This document shows positions 24,101-37,959 of a stretch of 64,000 nucleotides of DNA, piece after piece. Each line of letters opens with the position of its first letter. Position 1 is the first letter of the stretch. The notes beneath the pieces are model-generated. The model did not search any database, was not told where the DNA came from, and worked only from the letters and a program-made list of their open reading frames with translations. Origin of the DNA: Cycas panzhihuaensis (lineage: Eukaryota > Plantae > Cycadophyta). The DNA lies in NCBI GenBank assembly GCA_023213395.1, contig CM041465.1:143847741-143911740 (forward strand), written 5' to 3'. Made by a program: the position numbers and the translations under genes.

Positions 24101-25336
24101 AGTTTATGGCCCTATCAATATTATTGACAGGGATCCTTAGAGCATGTGGTTGGGGCCTTTGGTCTCGTAGTAGAGGTAATGTATCTCACCATAGGGGGGC
24201 TTTATTGACCTTCTTTAAGCCTACTTAGATCTCAATGGATTCTAGAGAAAGGCACTTGGTAATTATTGAGTCATACATAGTTACATCCATCTTAAGAACT
24301 TTCACATGAACTTCAAGATGAAGAGCATTAACAAAGATATCTTGTTTTAGGTCTTTAGATAGAGCAACCTATAATGACTAGAGTAGATCATAGAAATAGC
24401 ATAAGAAGTCTCTATTGAGCTTATCTTGGTCTTGTTTGAGAAAGAATATGGCTTTAGCCTCACTCTCAAAGGGACGTGACATATCAAAGTAATTAACAAA
24501 GGTATCCATTAATTACTGAAAGTAATAGATAGAGTGTAGGAGCAAGTGGTAAAACCACTTGAGAGCATCACCTTAGATAGACCTATGAAAGAGATTTATT
24601 AACATATGATTATATGGCCAGTAGTTTATACATACCATGGAAAAAGCCTTAACATGATCTTTAGGGTCTTAGGATGAAGTGCCTTCAAGCTTGGGCATTT
24701 CTGGGAATGAGGTGGCCTATTGGTCCTGAGGGCTTCAAGGGAAGGGGGGCTAGTCTTATAGTTAACAAAGGGTCATGCCCTAGAGGATCAATTAGTGGAA
24801 AAGCTAGCTAGGATGGATAAACTAGTTATGTTTGGGTCCCAACATAATGTGCATACCCTTGTTGGTGGGTTTGATATGATGGAATAGTTTATGGGTTGGG
24901 TACTTATAGAATAGGTCCCCCATATGATGAAGTAGCATAAGGGGGGGATTGATAAGGAATATTGGCATGTGCAACCACTCCTTAACAAATAGTTATATAA
25001 GATAGGATTGGGTCGAGTCTAGGTTAAGCTTGATAAGGCTAGACAATAGGACCTTAAAAAATAAGAATAGTTTAGTGACCTATAGCTTAATAGGACTATG
25101 TGTATGGATCATCACTTATAAGCAAGGCTTAGTAAGGTGGAAAAAGATAGGATGGAGTATGTGGGATGGGGTTTAGCCCATATGGGCCTCCAATTAGAGG
25201 GGTAACCCCATATGGGCAGAGTGGATCCACTCTAAAGGTAAGTTAAGGATAAGGTTAAGTAACATATCCAGGTGGGACAAAGGTGGACTAACTAGGTAGA
25301 GGGGTAAGTTAGGCAGGTTAAGTAAGAGGTGGAGGG

Positions 25337-28300
25337 TGTTGGAATATGTGTACATATTAATTAATATAAATGTAGCCTATTTATGTATCTAATTATATGG
25401 AGGAATATTCTCGAGTGTAGTGAGCTAATGGATGTAATTGTATCGATATTTTATCACTTTAGATCTATATATATAAATCAAAGTCCAACCTTTGTAACAA
25501 CATCATTTTGTCATAATACAATTATTTTTATTTGTGGGTTTTCACCTATAAGGGTTTTCCATGGTAATCTAGTATTCTGTGCAATCTGGTTCTGCTTGAT
25601 ATCTGCCTATTATGAAAGATCTTGTTGACCTTATTTGCTTCATTTTTATTTCCTAATATGGTATTAGAGCTTATAGGTCATGCATAAGTAGATGATCATT
25701 GTCAAAGGTCCAACCAATGGTGCTAAGTCATTTTGTCTTACCCTAAGTCAATTGGCATGTCTGATGACCTTATAGAATAGCCACAGAGGTGCAGATGATC
25801 ATTATGGGATCTTGGGAGCCTTCTATCCTTGTTTATAGGTATTCTAAGCTATATGGAGGTGTGTGGACAAGTTTTGACTCTATTTCTAGCCATGTGAGCC
25901 CTGTTTGAGCCTACTAAAGGTATCATATCCCTGTTTGATGATGTCACTATGTTTGCATACCCTAGAGTCATTTGCCAACCCTCTATTGGTAATGGGAGAG
26001 TGCAGAACCCTAGCAAAGCTAATTGCAATACTGTGAAGTCATAATATGGCCAATATTTTTAAGGTATTCTCTATATATATATTCACTTATTTAATACTTT
26101 AGGGTTTGAATATATATATATATATATCACTTATTTATGATAACTATGATGTGGCTCTTGATATTCTTCCTTTGTCTAGTTGCTCGTATATATTTATATG
26201 CCTTACATGTATATTATAGGTTAGTTACTCATATATTATTTGTGTACCTTTAGGGTTTAAATATATATCTTTTGATCACTCATTTATGATAACTATGATG
26301 TGGCTTTTGATATTCTTCCTTTAGTTAGTTGCTCGTATATATTTGTGTGCCTTGCATGTATATTATAACATGGCTATTATATTCAAGTTGTGATTATATA
26401 TTGCAATATTGTGTCACTTGTTTATGTAAGTAATCTACATCACCCTCTTGGGTATTTGAGTCACCATGTATTATATAACATATATTTCAGTTGCTACCAT
26501 CCGTTTGGTTAATATGTATAATGCCCAGTATATATGTTGCCACGTGGAGAATAGCATTGCAGCCTATGTGATTACTCAGTCATTATTTTAATCTACATGA
26601 TAAGTAATTTAATCATTGCACACTTTAACCCTGCATGTTGATACATGTTGATTTGATCATTGGTTTGTGTATTGTCACCCTTACATGCAATTCAGTTTCC
26701 CATTCAATATTACATGGTTGTGATGGTATTTTATATTTGAAATTGCTTGTTAATCATCATATCTTCGACTATGTGATTATTAATACGCATTATATATATA
26801 TTTGATATATATTCTAGTTGTTTGATGATTTATAAAGTCACCATTGTATATTACATTGCCTTTTGTTAATTTCACCTTTATTATTTTATAAAGTTATTTT
26901 AATAATATGATTTATGACCTTATATATATCATGTTTTGATATTGGTAGGCCTCATATATGATACTATTAAGTTGAGCCTTTTTTTGATATATATATGTGT
27001 GTGTATGTGTGTCATAAGTCTCTTAGATATCATTATCAAGAAAATCTTGTATTGCCATCATTGTGTGATATTAAGTTATTCTCTTACATCTTGAGTTATG
27101 TTATTTCAAGATGGTATTATATCACATGGTAGTAAGTTATTCTCTTACATCTTTATGATGATGTATGCATTTTGAGTTGGCCATCTAATGCATTTTTCCT
27201 CAATAAGAAGAAGGACTTGTATAAAACTTTGACTTGATGAATGAGTAACATTGATGAGGTGAGTTTAGACTCTATTGTATACGATTACATGAGAGAGCTA
27301 TTAAAGTGATGATGGTGATGTATTGGTGACTTAATTTGAAGAGAGTGCATTAAGCATGCTTCCCTAATGGCAATATAAGGCAATGATGTGGTCCTTATTA
27401 CATGTGCATTACATGGCAAGATTAGGCATATTATGGGCAAGTTTGTGGGCTAGAGATGGGCAAAGTTTGTAGTAGGTTACCTCATTGTAAGTGAGTTACA
27501 TGAGAGAGGATTGATGAGTGAGATGGGTGAGAGATAGGAAGATAAGGGAAAGTTTGAGTGGGATACCTTAATTGCAATATATTGTAAACTCTATTACTAT
27601 TTTAGTATGGCATGGATTATTGCATAAAGTTCATGTTTATATGGTTGATTCAGTGAAATAAGTGTGGTTTTTGAGTTCTATTGCATCAGATGTATATGAG
27701 GTGATGAATTTCAGAATTTGCTTATATGAGTGGTTGTTATTTATGATGGAAAGATATACTTTGATTAGTTGGACTGATGATAGCATGAGGTTTATGGCCT
27801 GGTTTGATATTAATTTGACATAGGTGCATATCTGAACAAGTTTGATGTGGAACTAAGATAATGTGTTTGATAAATTTGAAGTGTGAATGGAAAGGTCTAA
27901 AGATGAGATGCCTTAAAATCGATGATGCCTTCATCGTATATGTACAATTATCCTATAAGGTTATATTACAGGTGAGTATCATGATGCAGATGGTGAGGTT
28001 AGTATATGTTGTGGTTTACCTCCCATGTTTTTATGGCAGAAATTATAGCAAATAGGTATTTAGGATCCCTTGTTGTGATTGTTCATGGTATATATTTCTC
28101 TCATGTGTGTTTAGTCCAAGTTAAAAGCCTTCTATTTATTTCCTTTGGTGCATTGGAGTGCACACATCTTAGACAAAGATTGTAGTAGTAAGATTATAAT
28201 AGTTGGAAGCCTATGGGTTGTTTAGCTTACAAAAGTGTGATCTACAGGGGAAATGCATTGTGATCAGTCTAGATGTTATGTTGAAAAGTTAGTAGTGTAT

Positions 28301-29461
28301 CATGTTGAGTGTCATTTAGTTACAAGTTTTATCCTTCATTGCTTCACTTTTCCAAGTCATTATTTAGTAGGTGTGGGGCTTTGTTTACCTAACATTGTGC
28401 TTGAGATAGAAGTAGGACCTAGTGAGTGATTGATGATGAGGAGTTGTTAGATGATGAGACATGGATTACAACCCTATATTTTGTTGATAGTTAAAGACCT
28501 ATAGGATGGTGGAAGATCATAAATAAGCATGCCAATCAAATCTTATGATAGATATCAATGTTCTAGTGAGTGATAATTCACAATGAAGAGTTGTATCAAA
28601 GCAAAGAACCTGGTCAGTTTGTAAGTTAGTAAGCATTTTTCATAGTAGTAGGAAGAAGGATTAAGGTACAAGGAGACAATTTTGCACCAGTCTATATGTT
28701 GATTGGTCCATTTAATCCTTACTTTAGTAGCTTTAGATAGTTGGGTATCATATTATATCATATTAGCATTCCTTAATGACAACTTGAAGAGGTGATTCAC
28801 ATGGCTCAAGTGGCTCAATCTTTTGGTTTAGTCAAAGGAATATGGCTGAGTTGTATAGACAAAGTGTCAAGTGTAAAGAGAGTTATATGGTTGCAAGTCT
28901 ATTAGAGTCACATTCAAAAAATTGAGCACATACGAGGCATTACACCATTACATTCAAGTGAAGATCAGATCAGGGAAGATGTAAGTGGAAGATTATCCAA
29001 GTTGAGATCGACTTGTGGATATATTCACCAAGCTCAAACTAAAGATCACTACATCAACATTCATGTATATTGGGTTGATTAAGGTTATCCTTGAGAGGGG
29101 GTCTATTCCCAATGATAAACCTTATTACCCCACATTTACATTAAGAGGGAATGTTGGAATATGTGTACATATTGACTAATGTAAATGGAGCCTATTTATG
29201 TGCTTAATTATGTGGAGGAATATTCTCGAGTATAGTGAGTTGATGGATGTAATTATATTGATATTTTATCACTTTATATCTATAAATATAGATCAAAGTC
29301 CAACCTTTATAACAATATCATTTTGTCATAATATGATTATTTTTTTTATGGGTTTTCACCCATAAGGGTTTCACATGGCAGTCTAGTGTCCCGTGCAATT
29401 TATTTCTACTTGATGTAAAAGATCTCGTCAACCTTGTTTGCTTTATTTGTGTTTCCCAATA
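25337..29461 (+). mobile_element. H: non-autonomous, internally deleted Copia-derived element
   Basis: LTRs 25337-25658 and 29152-29461; TSD GAGGG/GAGGG; PBS TGGTATTAGAGC 25659-25670; PPT AAGAGGGAA; RNase H scrap LVDIFTK ~29010. Confidence 0.9.
26098..26370 (+). repeat. Two-copy direct repeat (~125-150 bp) in the H leader
   Basis: TTTAGGGTTT...TCACTTATTTATGATAACTATGATGTGGC...CATGTATATTATA at ~26098 and ~26249. Confidence 0.8.
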
Positions 29462-30490
29462 GAGGGGGTTAGGGACCTCTAAAAGTCCTATTGGATAAAG
29501 GGATGAAGAGAAAGGGGCACAAGGGTAGTCTAGGAAACTAATAGCTATAAAATAGAGGTGTGTATCTTATTTATCAAAAAAATAAGTGGAGGAATAGGTG
29601 GGGTAGGTTGAGAAATAGGCTGGACATAATTGGAAGCTACTATCAATGTGCGACTCATAAATAAGGGTACTATCAATGGGAGTTGGATAAGTGGGGGCAT
29701 AAATAGTGCTAGTAGTTACAAAGTAGCATATTGTTATGAGGCTACTTACTATTAGGATTGGGAAATAGATAGGAGTAATATGAAAGTAACTCCAAATAAA
29801 CTTTAAGCCTAGGATGGAGTGAGAGCAACCACTACAGCTACTCCATATTTTACTCTAAGGATGGTTACAAGTTAAATAGAGTAAGTATGACCACAAGTAA
29901 GTTAGGGACTTGGTCTTCCTCTTGGGTTTAATCAAAGATAAAATTCTAAGTCATTAGATCAAGGGTTTAAGGAAGGTGATGGGGATAAGTAGCTCTAATG
30001 ACATAAGTAGGGGGTTTAATAAGGTCATAGTTTACTGTGTATAGCTAGTAGGTAAGTTTTATCTCCTTATGATAGGGCACAGACAACCCATAAGGATCAA
30101 CTACTTGATACCAATCTTATATGTAGGCTTTATATAGATCTTGGGTCTGATACAAATCTTAGGTTGGGTAAATCTCTTATTATTGGAAAGGAGGTTAGGC
30201 CTAAAAGGGATTTGTAGATCACTCAAGAGGGATTTAGCCTACCATTGAGGAATGCTCAATGGGCAAAGGATTATATGGATATGATAGATCATAGATAGAT
30301 GAAGGGAGGCATGTGAGATAGTGAGAGAATCATTATATATAAGAGGTAAATAGAGAAGACAAAGGAGGTCTAAAGGTGAGGTATGTACCCAGACTCTAAG
30401 GCTATTAAGTAAGTGTCAGGGATCCTCACAAAGATAAGCCATAAACTAAATAGAGTTTCACTCTATCACAAAGGGCTTGAATAAGGAAAA

Positions 30491-33400
30491 TGTTAGAATT
30501 TAGAATTTAAATTTCATATCATATTGTGATATAGTGAGTATACATAGCAAAAATATAACAAACATATATAATAAAGAATTATCTCATGAGGAATGTACAT
30601 GTATAAAAGAATAAATATGAATATAAAGTAATGCAGTAGATCAAACATATAATAAGAATTCACCACAAGAGAGGTAACAAATTTATTCATGAAAAACTCA
30701 ATATAGGAAAAAACATGAGAGAAGGCAGAGATTAGAGCTCATTTTTTATATCAAAAGGAATATATCGCCAGCCTTTACATTATCTAATAGTATTTGTACA
30801 TAGATATATATGTGTAGCATATATGTCAATGTATCTAATTAGTGGGATTTTATCTGGGTTTATCACATTAATATTAAACATTATATATGAATATATTATA
30901 TATTCCATCATTCTCTCTTAATGTTTAATGTCTTTAAATTAATATTTCAGTATTCAAGTTTTCATGTCTTCATATTTGTTAGATTTCATAACCTATATCA
31001 AAATTTGTATATGTATATTAAGTTGTAATCTATAATATCACCTATAACTTGTAAATCTATCATCCATCAAGCTTGTCTCCTACAAGCATGAACCTATTAA
31101 ATATTAATAATCATTAACCAACACCAACATGTAGTTATCTATGAACCTCAATGACTAACTATGAGTAACCAACTTGGAAACTAAATACCAATCATCAATA
31201 ATCAACTACTATATGAAATGCTTTGCTGAACATCTTCATATCTTTACATGTAATGCTACTATAAAACATCATCTATCAACTAGTCATCAACAATCTCAAA
31301 AAATAATTACTAATATCCATATAAAATAATAACCATCTACCAAAATATATAGGTAACTAACCACTATAATTGTTAGTTCTATAGTAAGTACTTCTTATAT
31401 GTGGTTTATCAACAAACAAGAGTAACATGAAATCCCTCTTCTCTTGTATACAAGATTAACAATATAAAATATGTGTTGTATAAGAGTAGTACCATTCATC
31501 TCACATCTTACATATAAGAAAATATCTTATGTGTTGTTTTTATCAATGCTTCTATACACTTATAGATTTAGTTTAATAACCATTAATAAAATATCAACAT
31601 CATTAATCATTAAAATAAATTAACTCTAGGAACAAGGCATACTACTTAGCCAAGACAAGTTATCCATAACAATGTAACATTAAAATATATTTTGATGCCT
31701 CTTGTCATATATAGTGAGTCAAATTTTTCACTTATAAACACTTTTCTACTACTAGCTAGATAATCCCAATAGTTGAATTGGTATGCCAAGTAACAATGTA
31801 TAAGACTTTTCTCCTTCTCTTATAAATTAAGTGAAATTCTTAATCATCATAACTACCTAACTCTCCAACATCAAACAATCAAAGTAGGCCCTTTATCAAA
31901 TATTAGGTAGTACCATCATCATCAAATAGGTATCATGAATCATTCATTTGAGAACATATGTCCAAATAAATTAGGTGATCTTGCATTTGATTAGTGTTGT
32001 GCACCATTAAACTAAATGGTTAAATTCTAAGGGGAATTTTTAGGTCAAACATTTATATAAAATTTTCACATCAACATAATATCAAATATATCCCACTTTA
32101 TATATTTTTCATCTATTATAAGCCTTAAAATATCATAAATAAACCTTAAATATCTTTAATTTAAATGAAACTTCCTTTTCCATTCTTTATAAATCAATAA
32201 TAGCATTATCATCATATCGAAAGCCTTTGAAAATATTAAAATATATAAAAAGTTTTCTAAAAAAGGTCATAAAATGCATCTTTTATAAGGTTAAGAGCAT
32301 TTTAATCAACTTTACTAATTAATATCTTTATCATCTGATCTCTAAAATATGTGTTACAGTCACTTGTTTCAACTATCTTAAAATTCTCTTTCCAACGTAA
32401 CTGATGAGATAAAAAATGGATACTCTAGTGAAAAGTTATGGTTGAAAATGTGTCAATATGTTATAAAGAATATATGATCTTTAACAAATTCATTTAGCCC
32501 CTTTTATCTTGGGTCATTGGTCATGTCGTGACTCCATGTGACCATTTGTTGAATATCAAGGGAGCTTCACAGATTTGAAAATTTATTAAAAATAACTCAT
32601 TTAGCTTTTACAAATGTAAAAAATATGCAATCCAATTAATAGAATTTTCATGTTTATTCTTACCATGGATTTAAAACCTTCATCAAATATAATTTAATTT
32701 ATAAATCAAAATGTAAATTTTCTTATTGTAAAATAAATTTGTTACATGAATCCTTCTTCTTTATCTTGAATTTTTATGTAGACATTGTTACATACATCCT
32801 TCTTCTCTATCCCTATATATGTCAATGGAGGGTTTTTAAGTGACCTTCATGGACAAGTCATTGCTCCATATTTTCCTTTATTCTCCATATAAATAATCTA
32901 TAAAAATTTCTTCCATTTGGTTTCAAAATCATGTGCAAATCTACCCATGCACTTAAGTTAAGAAATACTATAAACATCAATCTTCAAAACCTTTAATTAG
33001 GAGTGTTTTTTGTGGAAGATATGGATCAATTTCTTATAGAAAATTACAAGTTAAAATAATGGTAAAGACCATAGATATGCATGTGCCTCCCTATAAACTT
33101 AACATTGATATGTAGGTCTAATTGAATATCATTTTTTCTCAAGTTGACTTGGATTCAATATAACTCTCATGGTAAAAAATTCTTAGTACCTTACAACAAT
33201 CATAAGCCCAGTAATCCTCGAGACACTCAAAGGGTTACTATCAATATTTTTAATGTGAGGACTAGCAAAGTATTAAGAGATTTTAAAGGAAGTATAGATG
33301 ATTTTGCTACTTTTGGCTAAACAAGAAGTTTAAATGGCATTTAATCATAAATACTTTCATTTAGTTTAGAAATGAGTTTCTTTGCTCCTAAGCTACTTGC

Positions 33401-34957
33401 TAACTTTCCTTCACTAGTCTTCCTTGTTTAAAAAGTTGTAGGCTTTTTGGTAGTATTGACAATATAATGCCAAGAAGGAATTGAAGGTGGTGTCCTTGGT
33501 TGTTCTATAAAAATATCTTCTAGCATACCACTTATTTCATATTTACATCAAACCCTAGTCTCATAATATATCAAATAATTAACATTCAAACCCTTAAATA
33601 TTTGTTCAAATCATATTGTCGCATGTTGCATAAATTTACCATAAAATAAGTAATCATGCCCTTAATATACTTATTAAACCATTCATGATGCAAGGGAACT
33701 TTTTCTTTAAATGTCATATATTTATTCAATTACTCAAATATTCCCTTAACTTCTTCTTTTTATCTAATGCTTCATATATCATCATAATACCATAATAAGC
33801 AAGCCTATATTAACTTTTCATTAACGTATACCCTTTTTTATTTATTATTACAAAATCCTATTAACATGCTACTTTTCATACCCCGTATTTGTTAATTTTT
33901 TTCACTCATTATATTATATAGACCTATTGCTTATTTCATGTACTAATAGGATGTTGAGTTATATTAAACATCTTTATTACTTACTAATTCTAAGGTTAAG
34001 TGAAGTGACTAGTTTTACAAAACCTTAGTCACATCTACAAGGGGTCGATTTACATTAGTGATCTTAATTGGCAATAATTACTCTTACATCTTCATCATAC
34101 TTCGTGGACTTGCTTTGAATACATGTATGTTACAAGTATATGGATCCAACATGCATAATATAATATCTATATAAATTCAAAAATTAGCATTACCCATTAA
34201 TAGTACTATTTCATTATCATATCACTTTGTTTGTTTCATATATATGCAACATGTATCTCATCTTTTTACTCTTAAATTACAATCACATGTTATTAGCATA
34301 ATTAACATAGTCAAATTTCTAGCTCATCATTCACACCTCATAATTAGCTCCTATACTAGCTCTATCATTGACATTCTAGCTCAACTAGATCAAATAGGCT
34401 TTCTTCTTACTTGCACAAGTTCTTTCATAACATGGCTTGGATACCGTGTTAGAATTTAGAATTTAAGTTTAGTATCATATTATGATGTAATCAGTATATA
34501 CAACAAAACTATAATAAACATGTATAATGAAGAATTATCTCATGAGGAATGTACATATTTAAAGGAATAAACATGAATATAAAGTAATGTAATAGATCAA
34601 ACATACAATAAGCATTTACCATAAGAGATATAACAAATTTATACATGAAAATTTTAGTGTGAAGAAAACACAATAAAATGTGGAGTTTGGAGCTCCTTTT
34701 TTATATTAGAATAAATACATCTCTAGGTCTTGGACCTTTCTCAAGTTCTCTAGTGGTGTATATATATATATTTATATCAATATTTACATTATGACTAGTA
34801 TATTATTTCTCTTGAGCCTTTACATTATCTAATAGCATTTGTACATAGATATACTTACATATCATATATGTTAATATATCTAATTAGTGGGATTTTATGT
34901 GGGTTCTTCACATTAACATTAAACATTATATATGTGAATATATCACATATTCAAATA
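30491..34957 (-). mobile_element. I: non-autonomous LTR element (LARD-like, probably Copia-derived)
   Basis: LTRs 30491-30910 and 34447-34957; reverse PPT TTCTCTCTTAA at 30911; reverse iMet-like PBS GGCTTGGATACCG just before 34447; TSD GAAAA/AAGAG compatible with G>A decay of GAGAG. Confidence 0.85.
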
Positions 34958-35008
34958 AAGAGGAAGAGGAGTCAACATTGTCATGTAAAGCTAACACCCA
35001 ACTGACAA

Positions 35009-35027
35009 GTCTCTAGTATGGTTGCTA
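35009..35027 (-). promoter_or_regulatory. Putative decayed tRNA-Arg PBS of G1
   Basis: Minus strand TAGCAACCATACTAGAGAC resembles TGGCGACTCCACTGGGGA mostly via transitions; it lies 1 nt from TG 35029, exactly where homology with G2 (TG 54842) starts. Confidence 0.55.
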
Positions 35028-35951
35028 ATGAATATGAATAGGCAAAAGGAGAGGATGTATAGACATGACCCTAAAACAAAACTAAATGATGAGGGAGATC
35101 CAAGATGGGAGGGATATAAATATACAAACCCCTATAGAGCACTTATATATTTCTTGTATATGAGCATGGGGATGATGGACAAGTTGTTTGTTAGATTAAT
35201 CTAAGGGTAATATGTAGGTATATGCTATGCACCAAATAAAAAGAGAAATAAAAGACTAAAGAATAAATAAATACTAATTAATAATTTAGAAAATAATGTA
35301 AGTAAATGAGATAATTATGTATCAAATAAGATGACAAATTAAAAGCTAACTAAAAAAGCCTAAGATAATATCAATCAAACCAAAAAAGTTATACCCTTGA
35401 AAGGGCCAAACAACACACCAAAAGCCCTCACTATATTAGGAGGTCAATTGAGTATGAATGTCCAAAAAAAAAAATACTCTAACATAACTACATATCTATC
35501 CTATGAAATTATATCTACGTAGGCAAATTAACTTATCCTAATTCAAACTCCTACATGACCTTAAGACAATAGACTTGATCTAAAAGAATAAAAAAAAGGA
35601 TAACCCAAAGTAAGAGGTCTAAAGAAATCAAGACCATAAGATAGATCTACTCATGGATAAGTTAATGGGGACTCATTAATATTAGTAATAGCACTTACAC
35701 AAGTATGAGGATAACCTAACAATCCTTACATGTGATTTCAATAAACCTTAAACTCAAAGAGGGTGAAGAAAAATGAGACACTACTCTCAATAAGATAAAT
35801 GAAGTTTACTTAATTACTTAGGCTCTATACATAAGCACATGGTGATGATAGGAATCTTTTATTGGCCCACTTGAAACATTGATATGGAGGATTTAATACA
35901 CTTAAAGGCATAAGATTAGGTCTCTTGTCTAGTGATAAATCCTAAGTAAAA

Positions 35952-37959
35952 TATTATATGGATAATCCTGTAACCAATCAATATAGAGAAATATGAAGAG
36001 AATGGAAGAAATAAGATAAAGAAGAAAGAAGTATTCCGAAGAATATCATATCATATCATCATCATTATCCTTACAATAGAGTGGGATATATATAACATTC
36101 ACCCCTTATTATTATATTCCTACATTTATATCAACTAATATGATTAATCCTGATATAGTGGAGGGTCATAACATGCCCTCCCCATTGAGATGCTCCACTC
36201 TTGAAACATCCTGATACATAGATATATGTGACCACCTCCTACTACTGGTGTCTAACTAATAGGTCCATAGAAGGTTGTCTAAAACATCTACATATAAGGA
36301 TCTATCCATCCCAAATATATCTTGATGTACCTAGAATCTCTATAACCTTGAAACCTCAAGCTTGAATATTAAGCATGCATGGGGTACTTAGCTTGTGAGG
36401 GCTTTATATAATGAGTGTATCGATGTTGAGTCTCTTAATAATGTGGGTGTTGATAAGGTCCCACTTTAGTATGTCTTTCAAATTTTGGTAAGTGACACGC
36501 TTCCTTTTCCTTGGTTATAACTAGTGGTGTAGGATGGCAAATTACTTCTGTTGTATTACTTTAATACTGGTTTCTCCCTCATCATTCTTCAATTTTTCTT
36601 CCCTTTATGGAATGGGAAGAATTCCTTATCCCACCTTTTAATTAAACTTCTCAAGAATTTGACGAGCTTCTTGTTTATCCTACTCAAGTTTTTGTATCTT
36701 TTCCCATCAAGAAGCATCATATTTTAAATAAATAACAAATTCTAGCCATAAAAATAAATTACATAGACCAACTATGCTATACAACACTTTAAACCAAAGG
36801 TAAGACTCTTCTTGTAGATATAATAAGGCTAATTTAGTCATCTCTTTATTGTTCATGTAGTCATCATCAAGTGATTTTAAATATATAGATATATCATTGA
36901 CCCAGTCTTTTATAGAAAGAGTCTCATCCGCATTCAATGTGTGAGGTATGTGCCTTTCTATAACTATGATAATATAGGTATAAGAGGAATTAGGGGGTGT
37001 CTATAGCCAATTGTCTCCTAATTTTAATAGAAAATAGATAGTAGGCTTCAAGATCAATGGTTTTATGACTAAAGTATGAACAGCTAAGAAAGTATAATAT
37101 GGAACCTTTAACTTTAAAATTTTATTTCTAAAAACATATAGATCAAAAATACATAAAATATGGATTAAAATCATGGCCTCTAAATATAATTTCAAAAGTT
37201 TAGATAGAATTGAATTATAATATCTAGATCACAAGTTATGACCTTTTGAAGAAATCGGTTGCTAGGGTTTCTAGGGACTACAACAATACCTACTAGTATA
37301 ATGCTAATAACATTCTACTCTAACCTCTAATTAAAATCAAATCACTTCCATTCAAAAGTAAATTAAAAAACACATAGAACTGAATGAAATTTAAGATCAT
37401 TTAAACACTTGTAAATAAAGTTATAACTCTTTGAAGTTGAGGTTGAAGATTTATATCCTAAAAATATGGTGATAAAAAAGTAGGTCAAAATTAAATCTGC
37501 TATCATTTCTAAAACTTTTCACTAAAGTCAACACTATGACCACTTAAAATTTATGGATGAGGCCTTTTTATCTTAAATTCTCTATTGAATATTCAAAAAT
37601 ATTTTATTTTTTTACTCCTAATAAGTAGAATTTCCACATGCCAAAAACTCTTGGAAAAAAATTGGCCCTATTTTAGCACTTGTAGCAAAATGGATCCCTA
37701 ACTCTTATATGGATTAGAAATGGCTCTAATACCACTTATTACATGGTTAATCATGTAACCAATTAATATAAAGAAGTATGAAGAGAATGGAAAAAATTAG
37801 ATAAATAAGAAAGAAGGGTTCTGAAGAATATTATATCACATCATCATCATCATTCTCACAATAGAGTGGGGTATATATAATATTCACACCCTCGTTATTA
37901 TATTCCTACCTTTACATCAACCAATCCCATTAATCCTTATATGGTGGAGGGTCATAACA
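35952..37959 (-). mobile_element. J: 2-kb non-autonomous Gypsy-derived gag-only element
   Basis: LTRs 35952-36173 and 37737-37959; reverse PBS GCTCTAATACCA 37723-37734; reverse PPT TGCCCTCCCC after 36173; TSD TAAAA/TAGAG. Confidence 0.88.
36707..36937 (-). pseudogene. gag: Ty3/gypsy Gag fragment of J
   Basis: KDWVNDISIYL...MTKLALLYLQEESYLWF...WLEF fits the Gypsy retrotransposon Gag pattern. Confidence 0.65.

Larger units (their letters stand above)
21180..30300 (-). pseudogene. G1 gag-protease relic (interrupted by H), truncated at the start of RT
   Basis: Gag core DPKDHVKAF...LFHRSI*GDALKWFYHL...F.QLMDTFVNYF (~24400-24700); protease ITFDPKD...NVMPTSIFK...YNLLLGLP*LE...LKF (~22770-23200); ends at FEEFCDVLK (~21200). 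Start not resolved. Confidence 0.8.

Noticed and set aside
30100-30155. CTTGATACCA and TCTGATACAA resembling reverse iMet PBS
   Set aside because: No LTR follows, the region reads as G1 coding sequence, and a better PBS candidate sits at 35009-35027.
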